Notes: a model not told the origin generated them from the sequence alone. Counted from the stretch's first letter, positions 1-9,605 are shown. The stretch: 64,000 nucleotides of DNA from an uncultured Actinomycetes bacterium (GCA_963791205.1 CAWBRK010000016.1:1962-65961), one strand, 5' to 3'. Program-made: numbers and translations.

Positions 1-125
1 TCATCGTGGCCTCCGTCAATGAGTGTTCGGTCAGACGGTAGACCGTCGCGCGGACCCAAACTCATCCCGCAGGCTCGACTGGGCTGAGATGATGGCTCCA
101 GGTGGAGCGGACTTCGAGGTGACAG

Positions 126-1670
126 ATGGGGCGTCAGTATCTCCGTAAGGCGACCGTCGCACCCGGCCGTCGCCGACCCGTTCTGATGCCGAAGGGCCTC
201 GCCCGCGAGGTCGGCGCTGATGAGCCGCTACACGCGCTGCGACCCGCCGGCGTGCTGCGCCTCCAGCGCACCGTCGGCAACGCGGCGGCCACCGCGCTGC
301 TCACCCGTCAGGAACCGCACCTCGTGGCCGGTTGGGTGGTGCAGCGGCAGCCGAAGTCCAAGCCGAACCCGGTGGATCAGGCCGGCCAGTCGCTCCGAGA
401 CTTCGAGGCCTGGGCCGACGACGAGAAGAAGCGCCAGAACGTCACCGACAAGGCAGCCGTGGTCGGCCTGGACCCTAAGCAGGCCTCCAGCGTGCAGGCC
501 GCGGCGGTCAAGATCGCCGGCTACATCCCCACCATGCAGGGCGCCGCCGACAAGGCTGACCCGTCGATCGCGTCGCTCAAGACCGCTGTCGCCCTGGCCG
601 CCAAGGCGAAACCCCTCGTGAACAGCGGTGACCGGGCCGACCAGTTGGAGGGCGGCCACTTCCGCAACCAGAGCCGCGAGGCCGTCACCAAGGCGATCGA
701 ACTGGTCGCCAAGATCGACGCCGGCATCGATGTCAAAGGACTGGCCAAGAACCTCAAGGCGATCGAAGGGGCGCTACAGAACAACGGATCGCTCTCCGAT
801 GTGATCAAGTACCTCAACACGTCCATCAGCGAACTGCAGAAGGTCCGGACCGAGTCAGCCAAGAAGGCGACCTCGGCCCAGCGGATCGACGTGCTGCTCC
901 GGGCGTTCCTGGCCCTGAACAATCCGGCCTTCAGGGCCGCCCCCACGGCGAAGGAGATCGCCGACATCAAGTCCATGTTGGCCGGCGGGCTGGGCGAGGA
1001 GTTCGGGGACGTGTTCGGCAGTGCGGTCGACTACGACTTCTTCGTCGACTTCGCCAACTCCTGGGGTCAGCAGATCGAGGCCCGAGACCAGATGGCGAAG
1101 GCGACCGGACGGTCGGCCCCGGTGATTCCCGGCCGGACGGACGCGCAGACCTTCTTCACCGCCTTGGCGAGCAAGGGCAACGCCGAGGTGTTCGCGGCGT
1201 ACACGAGCTTCGCGTCGGCGTTCTTCGTCCATCGCGGGATCGCCAGCGTCGCGGATCTGAAACTCAAGGTGCCGGACCTGTTCGGTGCCAGGGCGTCCAT
1301 CACCGGACGCCGTGGTCTGGTCTGCACCGGCTTCGCCACCGTGGGCGCCGAGGTCCTGGCCCGCGCCGGTGCCACCCTGGACGGATTCAGTGTGGGCATC
1401 CACGCCAGCGACGAGATGGTACGCAACGACAAGCTCGAGGAGCAGGGGCATGCCATCGCCCGGATGACTCGAGGGGCACCCTTCTGCGTGTCCAACCAGA
1501 TGATCGAGAACACGAAGAACGCGCTCGTCGGCAAGGGCGCGATCCAGTGGGGCAATCAGGCCAACCCGCTGTTCGTCGGGGACGGCAAGACCATGGACGA
1601 CGCGGTCGACCGGATGCTCGAGAAGGTCGCCGCCCGCAAGGAAGCGCTAGCCCGGAAGAACAAGAAGTAG
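126..1670 (+). CDS. Effector-like hypothetical protein: N-terminal LQRxxGNxA leader (DUF4157/eCIS-associated type) plus C-terminal transglutaminase/papain-like Cys-His module
   Basis: Intact 514-aa ORF with GAGGTG 4 nt before the ATG. aa ~43-75 read LRLQRTVGNAAATALL...VVQRQ. The C-terminus reads GLVCTGFA..LARAGA..GHAIARM..CVSNQ, resembling a Cys-His-Asn/Asp core. Family assignment is from memory, not searched. Confidence 0.6.
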   Translation: MGRQYLRKATVAPGRRRPVLMPKGLAREVGADEPLHALRPAGVLRLQRTVGNAAATALLTRQEPHLVAGWVVQRQPKSKPNPVDQAGQSLRDFEAWADDEKKRQNVTDKAAVVGLDPKQASSVQAAAVKIAGYIPTMQGAADKADPSIASLKTAVALAAKAKPLVNSGDRADQLEGGHFRNQSREAVTKAIELVAKIDAGIDVKGLAKNLKAIEGALQNNGSLSDVIKYLNTSISELQKVRTESAKKATSAQRIDVLLRAFLALNNPAFRAAPTAKEIADIKSMLAGGLGEEFGDVFGSAVDYDFFVDFANSWGQQIEARDQMAKATGRSAPVIPGRTDAQTFFTALASKGNAEVFAAYTSFASAFFVHRGIASVADLKLKVPDLFGARASITGRRGLVCTGFATVGAEVLARAGATLDGFSVGIHASDEMVRNDKLEEQGHAIARMTRGAPFCVSNQMIENTKNALVGKGAIQWGNQANPLFVGDGKTMDDAVDRMLEKVAARKEALARKNKK

Positions 1671-1779
1671 CGGGTCGAACGAACGCTCAGGTTTAGGCGC
1701 CAACCGTCCAACGACTGCCGGAATTGCATGAGCACGGGGCCAACGGTCTCAAGCTGTCAGTTCAGCGTTGACCAATGGG

Positions 1780-2500
1780 CTACCGGAATACTCGCTTCAT
1801 CCGGTTGGCTTTCGCCGCTTTGCGCTGCTTGGCCCGACCCACTTTGCTGGACGTGGCCCCGGCAATTCCACGCAGAGTAACGCCCGTCAAGTCGATGACC
1901 AGGTGAGTGACCGTTGTGGTGTAAATCCGGATCACGAACCAGTCTGCAGAAGCCGGCCAGTCAGGGTTGACCTCTCTGGCCACGCCGACCCCGATGAACG
2001 CACCGTTGGCGACGGTCTGGCCTTTCGGGAAGTTCACCGTCGACGTCAGGGGCCCGCCACCCGGTGGGTACGCGGTCACCACACCGTTCTTGACCGGCTT
2101 CACCGCCGTGACGTTCACAAAGACCGCGTCGAGTCCGACGAAATCCGTCGGGATGATTCCCACATCGAGCCAGGCGCCCGCCTTGAGCCGAAATTTGGAA
2201 ACGCGTTCGCAGTGGCCGTGGTGATGTTCGCGCGCCGGCGCGTTCGCGTTCACCAGCGACAACGCCGGCTGATCGCCGCTGTGGCGCCGTCGATGGTTAG
2301 CATCGTCAAGGATTCGCTCGCGTTAGACAGCCCAACAGCAGGGAATCGCCGTCGGCAGCCCTCGGCCGCGGATGGTCCGAGAGCAGCGCCGATTACGGTC
2401 GCCCCCGCTGTGCCGGCAAGCACGGCTCCGCCGCGAAGCAGGTGTCGGCGGTTGAGGGGACGTTGGATCCGGTCGTCCTTTGTGATAGAGAGGCTTCCGT
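1780..2500 (-). pseudogene. Tat-signal secreted protein with actinobacterial TAYP..NF..GQTVAN beta-sandwich module; frame change near 2265
   Basis: ORF 2250-2675 carries NRRHLLRGGAVLAGTAGATVIGAAL (twin-arginine signal). ORF 1780-2262 carries VVTAYPPGGGPLTSTVNFPKGQTVANG. The two join only with a frame change, and no clean start codon is visible. Confidence 0.45.
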
Positions 2501-2639
2501 TCGGAGGAGGGAGGCCGGCCGATTGCCGACTCCCGGTCGGCGCCGTCCATATTCGTTCCGGATCCTCGAACACGCGACCTGCCTGCCGGTCCTGGCCCGG
2601 CCTGGAACGACCTCGACAGGCGGCGCTGCAGCCGTCGGG

Positions 2640-2878
2640 ATTTCTGAGCAGCTGCCAACCCATCGGGTACGCCATCGAATCTCGATCGACGGCGTGAAGT
2701 GGACCCGGGTCGTCGACCGGACCGCCAACACGACCACCGGCTCGCTGGTCGACGACTTCAGCACCGGACCGATCGACCTGCGGTACGCCCGGCTCACGGT
2801 GACCGGCGTGTCCGCCCGGCCAACGACTGGGTCAGCATCCAGGAGGTGTCGATCCACGACCGGTACAACCCCGGGTGA
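2640..2878 (+). pseudogene. 5'-truncated, frameshifted fragment of an F5/8 type C (discoidin) domain
   Basis: Reads ISIDGVKWTRVV...LRYARLTVTGVS, then in another frame NDWVSIQEVSIHD. There is no N-terminus or signal peptide. Frame changes lie near 2690 and 2822. Stop TGA 2876-2878 overlaps the next GTG. Confidence 0.4.
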
Positions 2879-3276
2879 ACGCCGCCTATCGGGTCCCGAC
2901 CCTTGCCACGTCCAGCGCCGCCGGTCGACCGCCGTCGAACGCGACCGACAACGGCCCGACCACGTTCTGGGCGGCCGCCGCGATGCCCACGGCCACAGCA
3001 CCGCAGAACCTCAAGGTCGATCTGCAGGCGACGAGCAACGTCGACAGCGTCCGGATATCCGCGCCGCCCGGTCACGGTCCACGGCTGGTGGAGGTCCAGG
3101 CCTCCACTGACGGCAGCACCTGGACCGTGGTGGCCAAGGTCACCCTGCCCGACACCGCCGGACCGCACCTGATGATCTTTCCGGCCGTCGCCGCCCGGTT
3201 GATGCGGCTGAGCATCACCGCCGGTCACGGCGCGGGCGGCGTGCAGGTCGGCGAATTCGAGGTGTTCCGGCGCTGA
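2875..3276 (+). CDS. F5/8 type C (discoidin, galactose-binding-like) domain protein
   Basis: 133-aa ORF: ATSSAAGRPPSNATDNGPTTFW..LKVDL..VQASTDGSTWTVV..ARLMRLSI..VQVGEFEVF, a complete discoidin-domain signature. GTG start overlaps the upstream stop (GTGA). Confidence 0.6.
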   Translation: MNAAYRVPTLATSSAAGRPPSNATDNGPTTFWAAAAMPTATAPQNLKVDLQATSNVDSVRISAPPGHGPRLVEVQASTDGSTWTVVAKVTLPDTAGPHLMIFPAVAARLMRLSITAGHGAGGVQVGEFEVFRR

Positions 3277-3335
3277 GGCCCAGCCTGCTTACTTTCTCAC
3301 TCCAGCGTTGCCCCCGAAGTACCCGCCGCCTTTCG

Positions 3336-4359
3336 CTACCTGCGGTCGGTGTTCTCGTTCTCACCACGGCGACCAGCGGAACCGTTCGACGTACGGGCCA
3401 GTCGATCGACATGCTGTTTCAGAGCCACGACTTCAGCATTGTCCGCCCCGAGGACTCGCTGCTTGATGTCGATCACGGTGCGGTAGGCGCCCTCAGCTCG
3501 TGCGTGTTGACCACGGGCCGTATAGAGAGCCGCGAGGCAATTTGTGACGGTGGCGACTTCATAGTGATCTGGTCCGAAGTGTCTGACCCAGATGCGCAGG
3601 GACTTGTCCAAGGCATCCTCGGCTTCGTCGTAGCGACCCTTTCCGATCAGCAGGGCACCGAGTACAGCGAAATCGCCTGCTGCTGCGGTCGAGTTCAGCC
3701 CAGGCGCTATCTGCCGCAACTGGATGGCACGCCGGGCATGGGGCTCGCCGTGGAAGAACCGGTGCTGTACGCGGTTCGAGTTCTGCGAGGTTGTGATGGA
3801 GGTCGGCCAACTCCTTACCGCTGTGACCGACGACCCCTTCAGCGATCGCGAGCGCCGATTGGTAATGGCAGGCGGCGTCGACAAACCGATCAGTGTCCTT
3901 GTAGAGGAGTCCTAGGCCGTTCAACGCGGCGACCAGAATCAACGGATCAGCAGCACACAGATCACGGGCCATCGCCACGGCACGGTCGTGGTGCCGCTCG
4001 GCCTCGGGGTAGTGGCCGAGGACCCGCAGCGTCTCCCCCAGTCGCACATGCACGATGGCCGCCAGGGCGCCGTAGTGGGCGTCGTCGAGAGCCGACAAGG
4101 CAGACCGGTGGAAGACCACCGCCTGCCGGAGGTCGCCGCGTTCGCGTCGAACCCGCGCTCTGAGCTCCAACGCGGACACCGATAGTTCCCGGAAGTCGAA
4201 GGGGTCGATCTGGATGGACATCTGGTCCAGTTGTTGAGAGACCGTCCGCCCGGCCCGTTCGGCCGTCGCCGGATCGCCGCGCGCGAAAGCGACCTCGCCA
4301 CGCTGCAATATGCGTCGCAGTCGTGCAGTCCAAGTGAATGGCGATGTGAGCCGCATCAT
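3336..4359 (-). pseudogene. TPR-repeat protein (TPR_12-like), one 1-nt insertion near 3774
   Basis: ORFs 3559-4359 and 3336-3884 join into a ~340-aa protein collinear with the paralog at 4749-5798 (NLAELE|RVQHRFFHGEP vs NLAGLDHAQHRFTVGEP) if one extra C is removed. Confidence 0.65.
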
Positions 4360-4748
4360 TCCCCGCGGTTGCCGAAATAAAATCTATTCAGTACGTCAGC
4401 CTCGGCACCTTGTTAGGGTTTCGAGATAATCCAAGGGTTGACGCAGTACGGCCATTTGTCCATACGCAAATGTGCGTACGGTGAAACCCATAGTCATGTG
4501 CAATCGTTGCAATACGGTGAAACCGTCTTCGATGAAGCCTTTCATCGTGCCGGTGGCGCTGGCCGGAGAAGGATTCCCGGCTTCTCGGGGAACTCTGTCC
4601 CTGGTAATCGGGATCCGCCAGACGGGAGGCTCGAGTAGGCGCGATGGAAGAAAGCGCTGATTTCCGAATGAGGAGTGTGGATGACCGACATCAGCGGACA
4701 CCCCGCTGCCCTTGAGCGTGGCCACCACATGTACCACCGGGACCCGCA

Positions 4749-5798
4749 ATGGCATCGGTAGCCGACGCCTCCGTGGCGATCAGCCTCTCGGCCGGCTCCG
4801 GCTCGACGCGGCTCGAGTCGCCGTTCAGCTGGGCCGCCCGTACCCGCCGGGCCATCCACCGAGGCCAGGCCGCGCTCAACCGCGCCGACGTGGAAACCGC
4901 CGAAACATCCGGCCAATGGGCGCTCGGCCGCCTCCCCGACCCGAACATCAGCCATCCGGGCAACCTGAGCGTCTCCGACCGCGAACTCCTCGTCGCCGGT
5001 CTGGAACTCGTCGCGCAAGCCCGCCGAGCCTTGGTCGATCTCAGTGCGGCGGCCCACCTCCACTGCCTGGCCCTGACCCTGCTGAGAGCCGCGCCGCACC
5101 CCGCCGAACGAGACCGCCAGCAGTCGATCGTGCTCAATCGGCTCGGCGAAACGCTCCGGCTGCTCGGGCGCCATACCGACGCTGTCGACCGGCACCGCGA
5201 AGCCCTGTCCCTCGCCGAGCACCTCCAGCCGGCCGATCCCGTCCTGGTGGCCTCCGCTCTGAACGGTCTCGGCATCGTCTTCACCGTCACGCGGCAGTAC
5301 GCCCACGCCGCCTGCACGTTCCACCGCGCACTGACCCTCGTCGAGGCAGACCTCGGACCCGACGACCCGTATCTTGCCGGCCTGCTCCACAACCTGGCCG
5401 GACTCGACCACGCCCAGCATCGCTTCACCGTCGGGGAGCCCAAGGCACGCCGGGCCCTCCACCTCCGCGTCTGGGGCGACGGGCCTGATTCGACCGGCAC
5501 CGCGGCCGACCTCGCCGTCCTCGGCGCCCTATTGCTCGGTCAAGGCCGCGACGCCGAAGCTGAAGTCATGCTGCGGCAGTCCCGCGCGATCTGGCAGCAG
5601 CACTTCGGCGCCGACCACTACGAAGTCGCCGGCGTGCGATTGAGCCTCGCTGCGCTGTACGCGGCGCGCGGAGAGGCCCGTCGGGCCGAACGGACCTACC
5701 ACCAGGTCCTCGACGTCAAACGACGCGTCCTCGGTCCCGAGCATCACGAGGTGATCGCCGTGCAAAGACAACTGGACCAGCTGAACTCCGGCAGCTGA
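4749..5798 (+). CDS. TPR-repeat protein (TPR_12-like), paralog of 3336-4359
   Basis: Intact 349-aa ORF with repeated A/L/G-rich 34-aa units (LNGLGIVF, LAALYAARG). Its N-terminal SPFSWAARTRRAIHRGQAAL matches the paralog's SPFTWTARLRRILQRGEVAF. Confidence 0.7.
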   Translation: MASVADASVAISLSAGSGSTRLESPFSWAARTRRAIHRGQAALNRADVETAETSGQWALGRLPDPNISHPGNLSVSDRELLVAGLELVAQARRALVDLSAAAHLHCLALTLLRAAPHPAERDRQQSIVLNRLGETLRLLGRHTDAVDRHREALSLAEHLQPADPVLVASALNGLGIVFTVTRQYAHAACTFHRALTLVEADLGPDDPYLAGLLHNLAGLDHAQHRFTVGEPKARRALHLRVWGDGPDSTGTAADLAVLGALLLGQGRDAEAEVMLRQSRAIWQQHFGADHYEVAGVRLSLAALYAARGEARRAERTYHQVLDVKRRVLGPEHHEVIAVQRQLDQLNSGS

Positions 5799-5878
5799 CG
5801 CGTCCCAGGCCTTCGGCTGGAGCATCGAGCCGTTCGCCGTACCCGATTACCTGGTCGCCGACGCCCGGTGACTCCGCT

Positions 5879-6226
5879 TCAGCGACCAGCAGCCTCGGGC
5901 GACTCGAGCAACGGCCACACCTCGATGACGCCCTTAGCGACGGCGCACGGACTCTGCGAGACGATGTCCACCGCTTCCTCCATGGTGGCGGCCTCGATCA
6001 CGGCAAAGCCGGCCACCGGCAGCGCGGATCGCATGAAGGGGCCGGCCTCCCGCTCGACGCCAGCACCGTCGTGGTTGCGGACCTGCACCGGGTTGCCGGC
6101 GATGCCCATCTCGGTGCCTTCGGCGCTCAGCTGTGCGTCATGAGCATGAGCCGCCTCGAGCACGGCCGGGTCGGTGCGGTCGTACCCCTCGCGGTCGCCG
6201 TACCCAATGGTCAGGAATCTCGCCAT
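5879..6226 (-). CDS. YCII-related (DGPF) domain protein
   Basis: MARFLTIGYGDREGYD..PFMRSALPVAGFAVIEAATMEEAV; AGGAG 6-7 nt upstream of the ATG at 6226. The ORF-track start at 6478 is probably too long. Confidence 0.75.
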   Translation of the reverse strand: MARFLTIGYGDREGYDRTDPAVLEAAHAHDAQLSAEGTEMGIAGNPVQVRNHDGAGVEREAGPFMRSALPVAGFAVIEAATMEEAVDIVSQSPCAVAKGVIEVWPLLESPEAAGR

Positions 6227-6349
6227 CTTTGTTGTCTCCTCTGCGGGATCGGCTCGGGTGGCCTGTGGTCTTCCCAGGTTCGTTGAGTCAGACCGGGCCG
6301 GCGTACCGAACTCATCGAACTCGTCACCTCCGCTTGACATCGTCCGCGC

Positions 6350-6673
6350 GTGGATACGCTCGGAACCGTGATCACGTGCGTGGTGGAGTACACGATCGAC
6401 CCGGGCAAGGTCGAGGCCTTCGAACGATTCGCCCAAGCCTGGATCAGGCTGGTCAACCAGCACGGCGGGACGCACCACGGCTACTTCCTGCCGGGTGAGG
6501 GAGCCAGCGATCGGGCGATCGCGCTGTTCTCCTTCCCCTCACTGGCCGACTACGAGACCTATCGCACCCGCTTCGGCACCGACCCCGACTTCATCGCGGC
6601 CGACAAGATCCGCGATGACAGCGGCTGCGTGCTGCGCTACGACCGATCGTTCATGCGGCCGTTGCTCGCATGA
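6350..6673 (+). CDS. NIPSNAP family protein
   Basis: 107-aa ORF: EYTIDPGKVEAFERFAQAW..HGGTHHGYFLPGEGASDRAIALFSFPSLADYETYR, typical NIPSNAP. Confidence 0.75.
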   Translation: MDTLGTVITCVVEYTIDPGKVEAFERFAQAWIRLVNQHGGTHHGYFLPGEGASDRAIALFSFPSLADYETYRTRFGTDPDFIAADKIRDDSGCVLRYDRSFMRPLLA

Positions 6674-6676
6674 GGC

Positions 6677-7549
6677 TCAGGACGTCGCGGCGTCTCGCCA
6701 GCTGTGGGCCGGCCGGTAGCCGAGCAGCCGTTTCGCCTTGTCGATCGACAGCAGCGTGTCGTGTTCGCCGACGTCGTCCCGGACCTCGACGCCGGGATAG
6801 AACTCGGCGATCAGCTCCGCATTCGGCCGCGTCATGCAAGTGTCCGCGTTGGCGACGATGAACACCTCGGTCCCGGTCAGGTCCGACTCCAGCGCGAGCC
6901 GAACCGCCTGCGCACCGTCGCGGGCGTCGATGTAGCCCCACAGGTTCCACTTCCGGGACGCGGGGTCATCTTCGAAGGCGGGGAATCGGGCATAGTCGGC
7001 CGGTTCCATCACGTTCGAGAAGCGCAGACCGATCATCTTCAGTGCCGGGTTCCAGCGGCACAGCTGAACGGCCATCGCCTCTTCGAGGGTCTTCACCAGC
7101 GAATAGGTCGACTCCGGACGCGGGGCGTACTCCTCGTCCACCGGGATGTACGGCGGCGGTGTGTCGAACGGCAGCCCGAGCACGGTCTCGCTGGAGGCCC
7201 AGACGATGTTGGTCACCCCGACCCGGCGGGCCGCGCTGACCACGTTCCAGGTGCTGGTCATGTTGTTGAGGAAGGTCTGGTGGTCAGGCACGAGCCCCGG
7301 CGCCGGAACAGCGGCGAGATGCACCAGCGCATCGGGCCGGCTGTAGCGTTCCTCGACCCCCGACATCGCGTCGAGCACCTGGCCGTAGTCGGTGAGGTCG
7401 ATCGGCACGAATACCGTGCCCGGCCGCGGCCCCGCCGGCGGACGCGCCCGGTCGAACACGACCACATCCCAGCCGTGTTGAGCCAACTCCTCGACGACCG
7501 CCCGCCCCAGCTTGCCCGCGCCGCCCGCACTCCCGATGAGCTCCCGCAC
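6677..7549 (-). CDS. NAD-dependent epimerase/dehydratase (SDR) family protein
   Basis: The Rossmann motif GSAGGAGKLG follows the proposed GTG start (VRELIGSAGG) directly. YxxxK region: STYSLVKTLEE. The ORF track extends to 7600. Confidence 0.8.
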   Translation of the reverse strand: MRELIGSAGGAGKLGRAVVEELAQHGWDVVVFDRARPPAGPRPGTVFVPIDLTDYGQVLDAMSGVEERYSRPDALVHLAAVPAPGLVPDHQTFLNNMTSTWNVVSAARRVGVTNIVWASSETVLGLPFDTPPPYIPVDEEYAPRPESTYSLVKTLEEAMAVQLCRWNPALKMIGLRFSNVMEPADYARFPAFEDDPASRKWNLWGYIDARDGAQAVRLALESDLTGTEVFIVANADTCMTRPNAELIAEFYPGVEVRDDVGEHDTLLSIDKAKRLLGYRPAHSWRDAATS

Positions 7550-7571
7550 CTGCCCGGACTGGCCACGACTG

Positions 7572-7817
7572 ATGGAGCTCGCACCCGAGCTCCAGTTCAA
7601 GCACTACACGCTCGCCGAGGCGAAGCTGCCGAGCGAGGCGGTCGTCGACATCGGCGACGTCTCGCAGGACACGGTCGCGATCTGCTGCGACCTCGAGCGC
7701 CACGTCTTCTACGGCGCGCACACCGACCCGGGCGTCGCGGCCGCCCTGCGTGAGACGCACTGGTTCGACCTCGCGGAGTGGTCGACGTCAGGCCAGGGCG
7801 AAACGGGCCCCTCCTGA
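7572..7817 (+). CDS. Hypothetical protein
   Basis: 81-aa reading (MELAPELQFKHYTLAEAKLP...) with nearly all third positions G/C, like genes to its right. Start uncertain (7512, 7536 or 7572). Followed by a hairpin. Confidence 0.45.
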   Translation: MELAPELQFKHYTLAEAKLPSEAVVDIGDVSQDTVAICCDLERHVFYGAHTDPGVAAALRETHWFDLAEWSTSGQGETGPS

Positions 7818-7827
7818 TCCAACCGTC

Positions 7828-7849
7828 TCCCCACCCCTTGGGGTGGGGA
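7828..7849 (+). terminator. Stem-loop TCCCCACCCC-TT-GGGGTGGGGA after the 7572-7817 gene
   Basis: Perfect 10-bp stem with a 2-nt loop, 11 nt after the stop. No U-tract, so terminator function is assumed only. Confidence 0.4.
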
Positions 7850-7959
7850 AATGGTGATCCACCCGCCTCCCGGCGCTGACGGTACCCCCGCACTCGTGCC
7901 GTGTCTGTGCCGGTTCGTGACGGCTTCGTGACGATCGTTTCCCCGCCACCGCGCCGGCG

Positions 7960-9600
7960 CTAGCGCTTCCGCAGCGAGAGAACCTGCTCGAGCGGCTTCG
8001 TGTTCAGCACGTCCCCGAGCTGCGCCGCGCCGCGCCGGGCGGTTGCGACCGCGAGCCGCATGTTCCCGAGGCCCTGCGACCGAGTGCGCGTCCGTGTTGA
8101 CGCAGATCTGCGCACCCGCCTCGACCGCGAGGCGCACGTGCTCGTCGCGCAGGTCGAGCCGGGGGGCAGCCCGTTCACCTCGAGCGCGACGCCTTCCTCG
8201 AGCGCGACCTCGATCGCGCGCTCGATGTCGAGCGCGTTCGGCGGACGGTGGTTGATCAGCCGCCCCGTCGGATGGCGACAGGCAGCGAACGGCCGGGTGG
8301 CGCATCGCCTCCGTCACCTTCCGCGTCAGCTCGGCGCCCGGCCTCGCGCTGGCCGGCGTGGAGCGAGAGCTGCACCCAGTCGAGCTCGGCGAGGACGTCG
8401 TCGGGCAGGTCGAGCGAGCCGTCGGGCAGGATGTCGCACTCGATTCCGCGCAGCACGCGGAACGGGGCGAGCCGCTCGTTCGCCGCCGCGATCTCCTCGC
8501 CCTGGCGTCGCAGCGCGTCGGCGTCGAGCCCGGGCACGACGCGCACGTTCGTCGTGTGGTCGCAGATCGCGACGTACTCGTAGCCGAGCGCGATCGCGGC
8601 CTCGCCCATCTCGAGCACGCTCGCCTTGCCGTCCGACCACGTCGTGTGCACGTGCAGGTCGCCGCGCACGTCGTCGAGCCGGAGCAGGAACGGCGGCGGC
8701 TCGCCGCGATGCGGACGTTCGCGGAGCTCGGGCGGGCACCACGGCACGCCGAGCGCGGCGTACACGCCGGCCTCGTCCGCAGCGTCCGGCAGCGGCTCGA
8801 GCTCGCGCACGTAGTCGGGCGAGCCGGTCGCGCGCACGAGCGCGGTCCCGAAGCGACTCCGCCGGCGAAACGACGAGCTCGACCGGCACACCCTCGACGG
8901 TGACGCCGATCGCGCGCCGCTCGTCGCGCTCGACGACCGAGACGATCTGCGTGAGCGCCTCGAAGGCGTCCAGCATCGCCTCGGGCTCGTCCGCGACCAC
9001 GACGACGGCGAAGTCCTCGCACGAGTCCTTCCAGCGCCGTGGGTCGCCCGCGACCTCTCCGCCCAGCGCTTCGGCGACCCCCGCAGCGAGCGTCCACGCG
9101 CGGTTGAGGAGCAACCCGCGGCGCGGCTTCGGCTTCCCTGCGCGCTCGAGGCCGGCACGAAGCTTCGCCTCGGTCTTCGGACCGACCCCCGGCACCGAGA
9201 GCAGTCGCCCCTCGGCGACGGCCGCTCGGAACTCGTCCGTCGTCCGCACGTCGAGCGCCTGCGCGAGCTCGCGCATCCGCTTCGGGCCGACGCCGAGGAG
9301 CTGGCCGAGCCCGACGAGCTCCGGCATCAGCGTCTCCTGCAGCTCTCGGAGCTCCTCGAGCTCGCCGGTCTCGACGAGCTCCCGGAGCCGCGTCTCGATT
9401 CCGGGCCCGATCCCCCGCAGCTCGCGCGCGCGGCCCTGCTCCACGAGCTCCGCGACCGGTGCCCGCGTGTCGCGGATCAGCTCCGCGGCCCGCCGGTAGG
9501 CACGCGCCGTGTAGTAGCTCGCGCCGTTCAGCTCGAGCAGCGCGGCGAAGGCGTCGAGCTGCGCGGCGATCTCTGCGTTGTCCACGCGGATAGTGTCCAC
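7960..9600 (-). pseudogene. polX: Family X DNA polymerase with C-terminal PHP domain (PolX), at least 4 frame changes
   Basis: N-terminal HhH region (ELRGIGPGIETRL, SVPGVGPKTEAKL) in ORF 8326-9600. PHP motifs (DLHVHTTWSDG, ICDHT, LRGIECDI, VNTDAH) are spread over three other frames. C-terminus reads LGDVLNTKPLEQVLSLRKR. Confidence 0.8.
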
Positions 9601-9605
9601 GAGCG

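Noticed and set aside
4396-4545. A 49-aa minus-strand ORF (MKGFIEDGFTVLQRLHMTMGFTV..) in the TPR spacer, considered as a real protein gene
   Set aside because: It has no SD, its third-codon positions are AT-rich unlike every confident gene nearby, and the repeated GFTV simply mirrors the DNA direct repeat. It is kept only as part of the spacer finding.
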